In this document: one piece after another, positions 19,091-27,557 of the stretch
How the letters are laid out: every line of letters begins with the position of its first letter
Position numbering within the stretch: position 1 is the stretch's first letter
Origin: an uncultured Eubacteriales bacterium
Lineage (GTDB): Bacteria > Bacillota > Clostridia > TANB77 > CAG-508
Assembly (NCBI GenBank): GCA_949287075.1
Contig: CASEEU010000083.1
Location: 3,039-67,038, forward strand
Direction of reading: 5' to 3'
DNA: 64,000 nucleotides
Position numbers and translations under genes: made by a program
The notes under the pieces: generated by a model
Told to the model about the DNA's origin: nothing
Database searches by the model: none
What the model saw: only the letters and a program-made list of their open reading frames with translations

Positions 19091-19621
19091 ATGAAAATAT
19101 TAATGGGAACCAAAAATCAAGGGAAAATAGAAGGGGTAAAAAGAGCATTTGAAAGATATTTTGACAATGTTGAGATAGAAGGAATACCAGTTGATTCAGA
19201 AGTAGGAGCACAGCCGATTAATAAAGGGATTGTTATCGGTGCGAGAAATAGAGTAAAAAACTTAAAAGAATATGCTAAGAAAAATAACATGGATGTAGAT
19301 TATTATGTAGCAAGTGAAGCAGGGATTACAGATTTATTAGATGAGTGGATAGATATTAATACAGTTGTGATTGAAAATAAAGAAGGAAAACAGAGTGTAG
19401 GAACCAGTCAAGGATTTCCAATTGATGCAAAATATATAGATGAAATAACCGGTACTGAACTTGGAAAAGTCATGGATAGAATCTTTAAAAGTCATGGATT
19501 AAATACAGGAAAAGGTGGAATTAGTATTTTAACACATGATGAAATATCTAGAATTGATTTAACAGAAAATGCTTGTATTATGGCTTTAATTAAGTTTATT
19601 AATCAAGGAATATGGGAATAA
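19091..19621 (+). CDS. YjjX-like (DUF84) non-canonical purine NTP phosphatase
   Basis: MKILMGTKNQGKIEGVKRAF...VDSEVGAQP matches the inosine/xanthosine triphosphatase family N-terminus. The start was chosen at the ATG at 19091 rather than the ORF-track start at 19043. Confidence 0.6.
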   Translation: MKILMGTKNQGKIEGVKRAFERYFDNVEIEGIPVDSEVGAQPINKGIVIGARNRVKNLKEYAKKNNMDVDYYVASEAGITDLLDEWIDINTVVIENKEGKQSVGTSQGFPIDAKYIDEITGTELGKVMDRIFKSHGLNTGKGGISILTHDEISRIDLTENACIMALIKFINQGIWE

Positions 19622-19664
19622 ATACAAAAATAGAAAAAATGAAATAAAGAAAGGAGGAATTTTT

Positions 19665-19895
19665 ATGGAAAGAGAGGTAAAACCAGGACAAGTTTATAGA
19701 CATTTTAAAGGAACTACTCATAAAATTATTTGTATAGCAAAACATTCAGAAACGAAAGAAGATTTAGTAATTTACACTCATGAAGAAGATAATGAAATAT
19801 GGGCGAGACCATTAGATATGTTTTTATCAGAAGTAGATCATGAAAAATATCCAGATATAGAACAAACTTATAGATTTGAGCTAATAGAAGAATAA
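19665..19895 (+). CDS. DUF1653-like small protein
   Basis: 76 aa. GQVYRHFKGTTHKIICIAKHSETKEDLVIYTH is the typical DUF1653 core. AGGAGG RBS. Confidence 0.6.
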   Translation: MEREVKPGQVYRHFKGTTHKIICIAKHSETKEDLVIYTHEEDNEIWARPLDMFLSEVDHEKYPDIEQTYRFELIEE

Positions 19896-19918
19896 ATAAA
19901 ACTAAGGGAGTAATAGTT

Positions 19919-20329
19919 ATGAAAATATTAGTGATTTGTAGCAAGACGTTTTATAATAAAATCGAACCAATTAAACAAAAATTAGAAGAAATGGGACATA
20001 GTATAGAATTACCAAACTCATATGATAATCCAGGAGCTGAAAAAGAAGCATGGGAGTTAGGAGATAAGGCACATTCTGAATTTAAGAAAAGAATGTTTCA
20101 ACGAAGTGAAGCAACCATTTCAAATATGGATGCTGTATTAAGTTTAAACTTTGATAAAAATGGGCAACAAAACTATATTGGTGGAGCAACTTTTCTAGAA
20201 CTATATGAAGCTTTTATGAAAGGTAAAAAAATCTATATGTATAACCCGATTCCAGAAGGCATGTTATATGATGAAATAGCAGGATTTTCACCAATTATCA
20301 TAAATGGTAATTTAGATTTAGTGAAGTAG
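19919..20329 (+). CDS. Nucleoside 2-deoxyribosyltransferase-like (Rossmann-like) protein
   Basis: 136 aa. GGATFLELYEAFMKGKKIY resembles the G-x4-E-x3-A-x3-GK segment of the deoxyribosyltransferase-like superfamily. This is a weak call by eye. Confidence 0.4.
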   Translation: MKILVICSKTFYNKIEPIKQKLEEMGHSIELPNSYDNPGAEKEAWELGDKAHSEFKKRMFQRSEATISNMDAVLSLNFDKNGQQNYIGGATFLELYEAFMKGKKIYMYNPIPEGMLYDEIAGFSPIIINGNLDLVK

Positions 20330-20337
20330 GAGGCAGT

Positions 20338-20967
20338 ATGAACATACTAGAAATATATAACCAATATCATTTACCAGAAAATTTACAAATGCATATGCTA
20401 AGAGTAACAGCATGTACAAATTTGATTCTAGATAACTGGACTGGAAAGCCAATAGATAGAAAAGCAATCACAAGAGTTTCTTTATTACATGATATGGGAA
20501 ATATGGTAAAAATACCAGAAGAGGAAATCCAAGATAAAGATTTCATAGAAGTAAGAAGGAAATATTTCGAAGAATATGGGACAAATGACCATGAAATCAA
20601 TATGGTAATTGGAGAAAAGGTAGGTCTAACAGATAAAGAATTAGATATTCTGGATGGAAAACGTTCTAGAAAAAATGAACAAACAGCAAAGTCTGATAAT
20701 TATGAAATTAAGATATGTGCTTATTGTGACCAAAGAGTTGCACCAGAGGGTGTAGTTAGTTTAAAAGAAAGATTAGAAGATGCAAAGATACGATATAAAG
20801 ATAGACCATTATCTGTATGGTCTAATGAAGAAAAAGCAAATCAATTAATTAAATGGGCATTGGAAATTGAAGAACAGGTTATGGAATATTGCAAATTAAA
20901 ACCAGAAGATATTAACAATCAATCTATACAACCATATATAGATAGATTAAAAGAATATGAAATATAG
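20338..20967 (+). CDS. HD-domain phosphohydrolase
   Basis: 209 aa. The H...HD signature is present (MHMLRV...SLLHDMGN). Confidence 0.6.
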   Translation: MNILEIYNQYHLPENLQMHMLRVTACTNLILDNWTGKPIDRKAITRVSLLHDMGNMVKIPEEEIQDKDFIEVRRKYFEEYGTNDHEINMVIGEKVGLTDKELDILDGKRSRKNEQTAKSDNYEIKICAYCDQRVAPEGVVSLKERLEDAKIRYKDRPLSVWSNEEKANQLIKWALEIEEQVMEYCKLKPEDINNQSIQPYIDRLKEYEI

Positions 20968-21012
20968 AAGTAGACAGGTTAAATATTAAGAAAGGAACAA
21001 AAAGACTAAATT

Positions 21013-21540
21013 ATGGAAGAATTAATAGATGTTTTAAATGAAGATGGAACAAAAACAGGAAAAGTTGTAACAAGGAAAGAAGTACATGAAAAAGGTTTAT
21101 GGCATAGGATTGTTGTCATTGCAATCATTGATAAAGAAGGACATATATTGATGCAACAGAGAGCCAAAGATAAAGAAACCAATCCAGGAAAATGGGATGT
21201 ATCTGTTGCAGGACATGTATCAGCAGGACAAACTTCTATAGAGGCAGCCATTAGAGAAGTAAAGGAAGAAATCGGAATAGATTTAGAAGAAAAGGACTTA
21301 CAATATATGCTGACTTATCAAACAGAAAGAAAAGTAAAAGAAAATTTTTATGCAAATCATATATTTGATTTTTACTTGGTAAAAACAGAAGTGATAGATG
21401 TATCAAAAATTAAGATACAAGAAAGTGAAGTAGAACAAGTAAAGTTGTGTAATTTGGAAGAAGTACAAAATATGCTTTCTAAGAACGTGGTAGTAGAAAG
21501 AAAACCAGTATATGAACTGTTAATAAAATATTTAAAATAA
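21013..21540 (+). CDS. NUDIX hydrolase
   Basis: 175 aa. The Nudix box is GHVSAGQTSIEAAIREVKEEIGI (Gx5Ex7REUxEExGU). Confidence 0.8.
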   Translation: MEELIDVLNEDGTKTGKVVTRKEVHEKGLWHRIVVIAIIDKEGHILMQQRAKDKETNPGKWDVSVAGHVSAGQTSIEAAIREVKEEIGIDLEEKDLQYMLTYQTERKVKENFYANHIFDFYLVKTEVIDVSKIKIQESEVEQVKLCNLEEVQNMLSKNVVVERKPVYELLIKYLK

Positions 21541-21557
21541 TATGAGGAGAGCATAAA

Positions 21558-22205
21558 ATGGAAGAAATTAATAAAAATTTAGAGGAATATATTGAAAAAA
21601 ATGTGTTACCACAATATGACACCAATAATGTTGGAGGTCATGGAAAAGAACATATAGAAACAGTTATTAATAGAAGTTTTGAAATTGTAAATGAATTTCA
21701 TTTAGATATTAATAAAGATATGGTATATACGATTGCAGCTTTTCATGATATTGGATATAGAGAAAATCCAGACCAACATGAAGAAGTATCAAGTGAAAAA
21801 TTTAAACAAGATAAAGAAATGGAAAAATTCTTTGATGAAGAAGAGAGAAAAATCATTGCAGAGGCAATTGTTGACCACAGAGCAAGTTTAGAATATGAAG
21901 CAAGAAGTATTTATGGAAAAATTGTTTCTTCAGCAGATAGAGAAACATCAGTAGAAAATATGCTTACAAGATCAATATTATATCAAGCAGACAAACATAA
22001 AGCAGAAAATCCAAGCTTAGAACAAGTAATAGAATATTCATATAAAAAATTATCAAGCAAATATGGAAAAGGTGGATATGCAAAAATGTATTATCCAGAT
22101 GAAAAATATAAAAACTATTTAAATAAAATGCAAGAATTATTAGAAAATAAAGAAAAATTCATAGAAGCAGAAATGGATTTAGCAAAAAAATTAGGAAAGG
22201 TATAA
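21558..22205 (+). CDS. HD-domain phosphohydrolase
   Basis: 215 aa. GHGKEHIETV...AAFHDIGY...DH signature. Confidence 0.7.
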   Translation: MEEINKNLEEYIEKNVLPQYDTNNVGGHGKEHIETVINRSFEIVNEFHLDINKDMVYTIAAFHDIGYRENPDQHEEVSSEKFKQDKEMEKFFDEEERKIIAEAIVDHRASLEYEARSIYGKIVSSADRETSVENMLTRSILYQADKHKAENPSLEQVIEYSYKKLSSKYGKGGYAKMYYPDEKYKNYLNKMQELLENKEKFIEAEMDLAKKLGKV

Positions 22206-22207
22206 AA

Positions 22208-22984
22208 ATGATTGATTTTATAAAAGCAAAAAATGTATTTAGTGAGTATTTAAAACAATATGATACATCAGATGGCAGTATAAAAATGAAGATAAAACAT
22301 ACTTATGAAGTGATTCACAAAAGTGAATATATTGCTAGAGAACTAAAATTAGAAGAAGAGGATATTGAACTTGCAAAATTAATAGCGCTATTACATGATA
22401 TTGGAAGATTCGAACAAATAAAAGAAACAAAAGACTTTTCTGATAATAAAAGTTTTGACCATGCAGATTATGGTGGATATATCTTATTTACCAAAGGATT
22501 GATCAGAGATTTTGTAAAAGATAATCAATATGATGAGATTATAAAAATAGCAATTATCAATCATAATAAATATCAAATACAAAGTGGACTAGATGAAAAA
22601 GTATTATTACATTGTAAAATCATAAGAGATGCTGATAAATTAGATAATTTTAGAGTAAAAGAATTAGAAAAGTTTGAGGATATGTTTCCAGGACACTATC
22701 ATCCTGAAACCATACATAATGAGAGAATATCAGATAAAGTTTATGAAGATTTTAAACATCATAAATGTATAAAAATAGAGGATAGAAAAACATGTATAGA
22801 TTGTATGATATGTGTCATAGCATTCATTTTTGATTTTAATTTTGATATTTCATTGAAATATATTAAAGAAAATAATTACATTAACAAATTAATGAATAGA
22901 TTTAAAAATCAAAATGAGGAAACGGCGCAGAGAATAGAAGAAATAAAAAAGATAGCAAATGATTATATCGAAAATCATGTATAA
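22208..22984 (+). CDS. HD-domain phosphohydrolase
   Basis: 258 aa. KHTYEV...LLHDIGRFEQ...RDADKLD is typical of the HD superfamily. It starts 3 nt after the previous stop. Confidence 0.7.
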   Translation: MIDFIKAKNVFSEYLKQYDTSDGSIKMKIKHTYEVIHKSEYIARELKLEEEDIELAKLIALLHDIGRFEQIKETKDFSDNKSFDHADYGGYILFTKGLIRDFVKDNQYDEIIKIAIINHNKYQIQSGLDEKVLLHCKIIRDADKLDNFRVKELEKFEDMFPGHYHPETIHNERISDKVYEDFKHHKCIKIEDRKTCIDCMICVIAFIFDFNFDISLKYIKENNYINKLMNRFKNQNEETAQRIEEIKKIANDYIENHV

Positions 22985-22995
22985 GTGGAGGAAAT

Positions 22996-23457
22996 ATGAT
23001 TAAAGTATTATTTGTATGTTTAGGAAATATATGTAGATCTCCTATGGCAGAATATGTATTTAAAGACATGGTAAAAAAGAAAGGCTTAGAAAAGCAATTT
23101 TCTATTGCTTCAGCAGCTACAAGTTATGAAGAAATAGGAAATGACATGCATTATGGAACAAAAGATAAATTAGATGAAAAGGGAATTCCATATGCAAAAC
23201 ATAAAGCAAGAAGAATCGAGAAACAAGATTATGAAAAATATGACTATATCATTGGTATGGAAGAAAGTAATCTTCGAAATATCCAAAGAATTGTAGGAAA
23301 TGATAAAGACAATAAAATATATAAACTTTTAGATTTTTCAAAAAATCCAAGAGATATTGCAGATCCATGGTACACAGGAAACTTTACAGTTACTTATCAG
23401 GATATTGTAGAAGGATGTACAGGATTTTTGGATTATTTAGAAAGGAAAATGTCGTAA
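22996..23457 (+). CDS. Low-molecular-weight protein-tyrosine phosphatase
   Basis: 153 aa. The P-loop is VCLGNICRSPMAE (CX5R-S), with a DPWY general-acid region. Confidence 0.85.
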   Translation: MIKVLFVCLGNICRSPMAEYVFKDMVKKKGLEKQFSIASAATSYEEIGNDMHYGTKDKLDEKGIPYAKHKARRIEKQDYEKYDYIIGMEESNLRNIQRIVGNDKDNKIYKLLDFSKNPRDIADPWYTGNFTVTYQDIVEGCTGFLDYLERKMS

Positions 23458-23472
23458 AATAAGAGGTAAATA

Positions 23473-24207
23473 ATGGCAAATACATATATTAAAATTAAGG
23501 AAAAAGAAATTCCAGTTATGATTAGAAATTATAGACATACAAATTTAATAAAAATGTATTTTAAAGGAAATGTTTTAAATATCAGTAAATCTAAATATTT
23601 ATCTAAAAAAAGAATGTTAGAAATTATTAAACAAAATGAAGAACAAATATATGAACAATATCTAAAAATCATTTCTAAAGAAAATGACAAAATGAAACAT
23701 TGGTATACAGGAGAGGAGATAAGCTATAAAGGTGAAGATTTTTGTATACAAATAGAATATGTTGCTAAAAAAAGACTAAAAATTATCTTAGATGAAGAAA
23801 ATAAACGCTTTATTATAGAAATACCAGAAATTTTGAAAGATGAAGATAATAAAGCAATCATTGATAAATATGTAAAAAGATTTCTTTGTATAAAGACAAA
23901 AGAATATTTAGAAAATAGATTACCATATTGGAGTCAAAAAATGAAAACAGAATACTATGAATGTAAGGTAGGAGATGCAACAAGTAAATATGGTAGTTGT
24001 ATACCAAGTAAAAAAGCACTTCATTTTAGTAATCGATTAATCATGTTGCCAGAAGATAAAATAGATGCGATTATTGTTCATGAATTGTCACATATGACAT
24101 ATGCTAATCATAGTGATAAATTCTATCAATTAATTCAGCAATATATACCAAACTATTTTGAAATTGATAAATGGTTAAAGAAAAATGTAAAGAGAGTTAT
24201 GATATAA
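23473..24207 (+). CDS. YgjP-like (DUF45/M48-related) zinc metallohydrolase
   Basis: 244 aa. HELSHM zinc-binding motif (IIVHELSHMTYANHSDKFY). Confidence 0.7.
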   Translation: MANTYIKIKEKEIPVMIRNYRHTNLIKMYFKGNVLNISKSKYLSKKRMLEIIKQNEEQIYEQYLKIISKENDKMKHWYTGEEISYKGEDFCIQIEYVAKKRLKIILDEENKRFIIEIPEILKDEDNKAIIDKYVKRFLCIKTKEYLENRLPYWSQKMKTEYYECKVGDATSKYGSCIPSKKALHFSNRLIMLPEDKIDAIIVHELSHMTYANHSDKFYQLIQQYIPNYFEIDKWLKKNVKRVMI

Positions 24208-24304
24208 ATTTTGTAAAAATTATGTAAATGTGGTATAATAAAGATAGTAGCCCGTGGTTCATGTAGTGCCAAGTCAAGAGGCGTATCTTGGCAGAAAGGA
24301 AATT

Positions 24305-24604
24305 ATGTACGAGTTAGAGAAGCAGACATTGAGAGTTCTCAAGGAGGAAAGAAAGAGATTGACTTCCAGACGGAAGTCAGAAAGGAAAGAGGCTCGCCAG
24401 GAAATTTTGGTTCAGCTCTTTGAGAGTAAACCATATTTTTCCAAAAAACTGGAGAAAGCATCAGATGAAATATTTTATATGCTGATAGATCTCCAGGACG
24501 GACAGGATGGTAATGAAGAAAACCAGGTAAAAATGTCAGATTTCTTAAAGAAATTTGACGAATACCTGGAAAAGTTAGCAGTTGTCGATAACGACTGCGA
24601 CTGA
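24305..24604 (+). CDS. Orphan small protein with foreign codon usage
   Basis: 99 aa from the ATG at 24305 (RBS AAAGGA). The upstream promoter has an extended -10 (TGTGGTATAAT at about 24228-24238). Many G/C-ending codons (gag, aag, cag, ctc, ctg, gac) are unlike neighbouring genes. It ends at a terminator hairpin. Confidence 0.5.
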   Translation: MYELEKQTLRVLKEERKRLTSRRKSERKEARQEILVQLFESKPYFSKKLEKASDEIFYMLIDLQDGQDGNEENQVKMSDFLKKFDEYLEKLAVVDNDCD

Positions 24605-24611
24605 AGGGGAG

Positions 24612-24649
24612 ACCTAGGATACAGATAATCAGATCTGTTCCTAGGTTTT
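24612..24649. terminator. Hairpin shared by convergent genes
   Basis: ACCTAGGATACAGAT-AATC-AGATCTGTTCCTAGGT followed by TTT. It overlaps the stop of the minus-strand radical SAM gene. Confidence 0.6.
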
Positions 24650-25564
24650 ACCATTTTTATAATATATCCCTTGATACAAATTTTCTTCTTTTAATTTTTT
24701 ATCCAAACCATTTAATATCCACTTTTTGTGTAAATCCCATTTAGGAGCAATTAATATATCTTTAGGAGCATCACCAGATACTCTATGAATGACAATATCA
24801 GAAGAAATATGTGAAAGGATATATACCAAACAATCTAAGTAATATTCTAAGGAAATAGGTTCATATTCATTCTTGCTATACATATTAGCTAAAACAGTAT
24901 TTTCTATAATATAAGTATTATGAATTTTTAATCCTTGGATATGATGCTGGTTTATAAAATTTACGGTATTTTGTATATCCTTAAAACTTTCACCAGGTAA
25001 TCCTACCATTATATGAATAATCACATCAATATCATACTTATTAAGCAATTGAACAGCCTTTGTAAATTGCTCATTTGTATATTGCCTATTAATGAATTTT
25101 CCGATTTCTTCATTGGATGTTTGCAAACCTAATTCTACAGAAACATAATATTTCTTTGTATAAGAATGTAACAGTTTTACAATATCTTCATTGATACAAT
25201 CAGGTCTGGTAGCAATTGATAATCCAATAATTTTCGGATTAATTAATGCACTGTCATATTTTTTCTTCAAGTTATCAATAGAATCATATGTATTCGAAAA
25301 ATTTTGAAAATAAACAATAAATTTATTTGCCCTATTAGAACGAGGAGAATTAAAATAATCTTCTACTTGTTCTGAAATATCTTTATATGGATTCAAATGT
25401 TCTCCAGAACCACATTCACTACAAAAGATGCAACCAGAACGACTTAAAGTTCCGTCACGATTAGGGCAAGTAAAATGCCCGTTAATGCAAATTTTTAAAA
25501 CTCTTTCTCCAAATCGTTTTATATAATATTCATTTAATTTCATATATCTATATAAACTTTCCAT
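24641..25564 (-). CDS. TIGR01212-family radical SAM protein
   Basis: 307 aa. CPNRDGTLSRSGCIFC is the characteristic cysteine pattern of this radical SAM subfamily. Confidence 0.8.
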   Translation of the reverse strand: MESLYRYMKLNEYYIKRFGERVLKICINGHFTCPNRDGTLSRSGCIFCSECGSGEHLNPYKDISEQVEDYFNSPRSNRANKFIVYFQNFSNTYDSIDNLKKKYDSALINPKIIGLSIATRPDCINEDIVKLLHSYTKKYYVSVELGLQTSNEEIGKFINRQYTNEQFTKAVQLLNKYDIDVIIHIMVGLPGESFKDIQNTVNFINQHHIQGLKIHNTYIIENTVLANMYSKNEYEPISLEYYLDCLVYILSHISSDIVIHRVSGDAPKDILIAPKWDLHKKWILNGLDKKLKEENLYQGIYYKNGKT

Positions 25565-25663
25565 AATGTATACAGTATATCAAAAATAGTACAAAATAAC
25601 AATTAGAAAAGCATAAAACGAAAATAAAAGTCAAATATTTTTTTAAATATTTAACTTGAATGG

Positions 25664-25819
25664 CTATGAATTATTATCTTTTTTGAATTTTGATAATATG
25701 AAATCCAAAAAAATAGATATAAGAAATAGAATCAAAAAGAAAAGCAGAAATATTAATAATTGTTTAACTTGTTCTTCTTTGGGTAACGTATAAAAATAAA
25801 ATAAATAATTACTTATCAT
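25664..25819 (-). CDS. Possible small membrane peptide (51 aa)
   Basis: Not in the ORF track (<60 aa). The ATG is preceded by AAAGGTGGA. It contains a hydrophobic stretch LLIFLLFFLILFLISIFL. There is no other support. Confidence 0.3.
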   Translation of the reverse strand: MISNYLFYFYTLPKEEQVKQLLIFLLFFLILFLISIFLDFILSKFKKDNNS

Positions 25820-25934
25820 AAAACATTCCACCTTTTAAATATCTTATATAGAATATTTTATGAAAGTAATATATTAAAAACAATATAATATATTCAAAAT
25901 AATACAAAAAGTACAAAAAAGTTTAAGAAATCGA

Positions 25935-26282
25935 CTAATTTTTTATGAAAATAGCAATATCTTTTATAATATTCATAGCCATTTTAATTTCTTTATCGCT
26001 ATATGAACTTAGTAGTTCTTTCGTTTTATCAATAGTTGTATCATCAAGACCATATAAAATATAATCAGCAGAATGACCACTTAAATCTCTAAGTTTTCGA
26101 ATGCTTCTATACATTAAATTTCCTCTACCTTCTTCAACTAATCCAAGGAATTGACTTGATATACCAATTTCTTTTGCTAACTGTGTTTTATTCATATGTA
26201 ACTCATGTTCTCGAATATATTTAATTCTTTTACCTCTCGAAATTTGTTCTTGTTTTTCTAGTTCTAAATCAGATTTATTCAT
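25935..26282 (-). CDS. XRE-family HTH transcriptional regulator
   Basis: 115 aa. MNKTQLAKEIGISSQFLGLVEEGRGN is a classic HTH_3 motif. It is divergent from the response-regulator gene. Confidence 0.8.
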   Translation of the reverse strand: MNKSDLELEKQEQISRGKRIKYIREHELHMNKTQLAKEIGISSQFLGLVEEGRGNLMYRSIRKLRDLSGHSADYILYGLDDTTIDKTKELLSSYSDKEIKMAMNIIKDIAIFIKN

Positions 26283-26436
26283 GAAAATCTCCTCCTATTA
26301 TAAAATCTTAAGTACTAAACTTAATAAATTTTACAATATAATATATTAAAACACATGGTAAAATATTTGTAGAATTATAGTATTTTATGGAGAAATATGG
26401 TAATATTATGAAAAAAAGAAGAAAGGGTGTATACAT

Positions 26437-27225
26437 ATGACAACAAAATCTATGAAAATACTAATAATAGAAGATGATAGAAATGATTGCAACAATTTTA
26501 TTAATAGTGTGAAGAATAGAGATGATGTAGAGATTATTGGAATCACGGATTCAGATGTAGAAGGACTAAAATATGCAAAATTAAAGAAACCAGAAGGTAT
26601 TATATTAGATTTAGAATTAAATAACAGTATGACAGGAAACGCAGATTCTTTGGGATTTTTGTCAGAGCTTAAAAAGTTGAATTTGGGTTATGAACCAATC
26701 ATTGTTGTGACAACACATATTCATTCAAAAAGAATATATGATATCGTTCATAAGAATGGTGCAGATATCATATTATATAAAAATCATCCAAGATATTCAG
26801 CAGACTATGTTTTGAATAAATTAATAAGTTTAAGAGAAGTAACACCAGAAAAAACAATAGAAACTTTAAAAGAAGAATTAGAAGATACTAGGCAAAAGAT
26901 ATCAGATTGCATTGTTAGAGAATTAGACTTAATAGGAATACCTGCTAAAATGGTAGGAAGAAAATATATACATGATGCAATTTTGTATTTGATTGAAAAT
27001 AAAGGAGATAATACAAACGTGATTAGACATTTAACAAATATATACAAAAAATCAGGAAATACAATTACGAATGGTATTCAAAATGCCATTATACATGCAT
27101 GGAATAATACACCAGTAGATGATTTGTTGGAATATTATAGAGCAAGAGTAAGTCTTGAAACTGGTATACCAACACCAATGGAATTTATATATTATTATGT
27201 AGAAAAAGTTGGAAGAGAAGTATAA
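26437..27225 (+). CDS. Response regulator with Spo0A-type C-terminal DNA-binding domain (Spo0A paralogue-like)
   Basis: 262 aa. The receiver domain has IIEDD, the phospho-acceptor ILDLEL, and TTH/K. The C-terminus (IGIPAKMVGRKYIHDAILYL...IQNAIIHAWNN...GIPTPMEFIYY) parallels the Spo0A_C signature (GVPAHIKGY.YLREAI...AIRHAIEVAW...PTNSEFI). Confidence 0.8.
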   Translation: MTTKSMKILIIEDDRNDCNNFINSVKNRDDVEIIGITDSDVEGLKYAKLKKPEGIILDLELNNSMTGNADSLGFLSELKKLNLGYEPIIVVTTHIHSKRIYDIVHKNGADIILYKNHPRYSADYVLNKLISLREVTPEKTIETLKEELEDTRQKISDCIVRELDLIGIPAKMVGRKYIHDAILYLIENKGDNTNVIRHLTNIYKKSGNTITNGIQNAIIHAWNNTPVDDLLEYYRARVSLETGIPTPMEFIYYYVEKVGREV

Positions 27226-27244
27226 GAAATAAAAATCAAAAATG

Positions 27245-27298
27245 AACATATCATAGGTATTAAATTTTTTAGTTGATATTTATGATATGTTTTTTTTT
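27245..27298 (+). terminator. Rho-independent terminator after the response-regulator gene
   Basis: AACATATCATA ... TATGATATGTT stem followed by a run of T. Confidence 0.55.
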
Positions 27299-27375
27299 AT
27301 ATTCGACAAAATTTTACCACTTTTTTTCACTAAAAGCTACCGTCTTTTTTTCGTAAGAAGATGGTAATTTTTTAT

Positions 27376-27404
27376 TTGTAGGAAGTATTACAGCTTTCTA
27401 TAAA
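27376..27404 (+). promoter_or_regulatory. Candidate promoter of the 17-codon peptide gene
   Basis: TTGTAG (27376-27381), 17 nt spacer, TATAAA (27399-27404). Confidence 0.4.
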
Positions 27405-27430
27405 TACGAAAGAAAAAGGTGGTGAGAGGT

Positions 27431-27484
27431 ATGAGAGATTGGTACGATGATTTTTTGGATTGGATATTAGGATGGCTTCCATAG
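27431..27484 (+). CDS. Unannotated 17-aa Trp-rich peptide MRDWYDDFLDWILGWLP (candidate signalling peptide)
   Basis: The ATG is preceded by AAAGGTGGTGAGAGG. A TAG stop is followed 20 nt later by a perfect 12 bp terminator. It has its own candidate promoter and lies between the response regulator and the multi-pass kinase. Confidence 0.5.
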   Translation: MRDWYDDFLDWILGWLP

Positions 27485-27505
27485 TAAATAAATAGTTATA
27501 AGTAA

Positions 27506-27545
27506 AAGGATAATCAATAAAATCTTGATTATCCTTTTATTTTAA
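27506..27545 (+). terminator. Rho-independent terminator after the peptide ORF
   Basis: AAGGATAATCAA-TAAAATC-TTGATTATCCTT (perfect 12 bp stem) followed by TTATTTT. Confidence 0.7.
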
Positions 27546-27557
27546 TATAATATATAA

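Noticed and set aside
26387-26440. 17-codon upstream ORF (MEKYGNIMKKRRKGVYI) whose TGA overlaps the response-regulator ATG.
   Set aside because: It has no Shine-Dalgarno sequence and no independent signals, and ATG-rich AT-rich leaders give such ORFs by chance. A translational-coupling role cannot be excluded.
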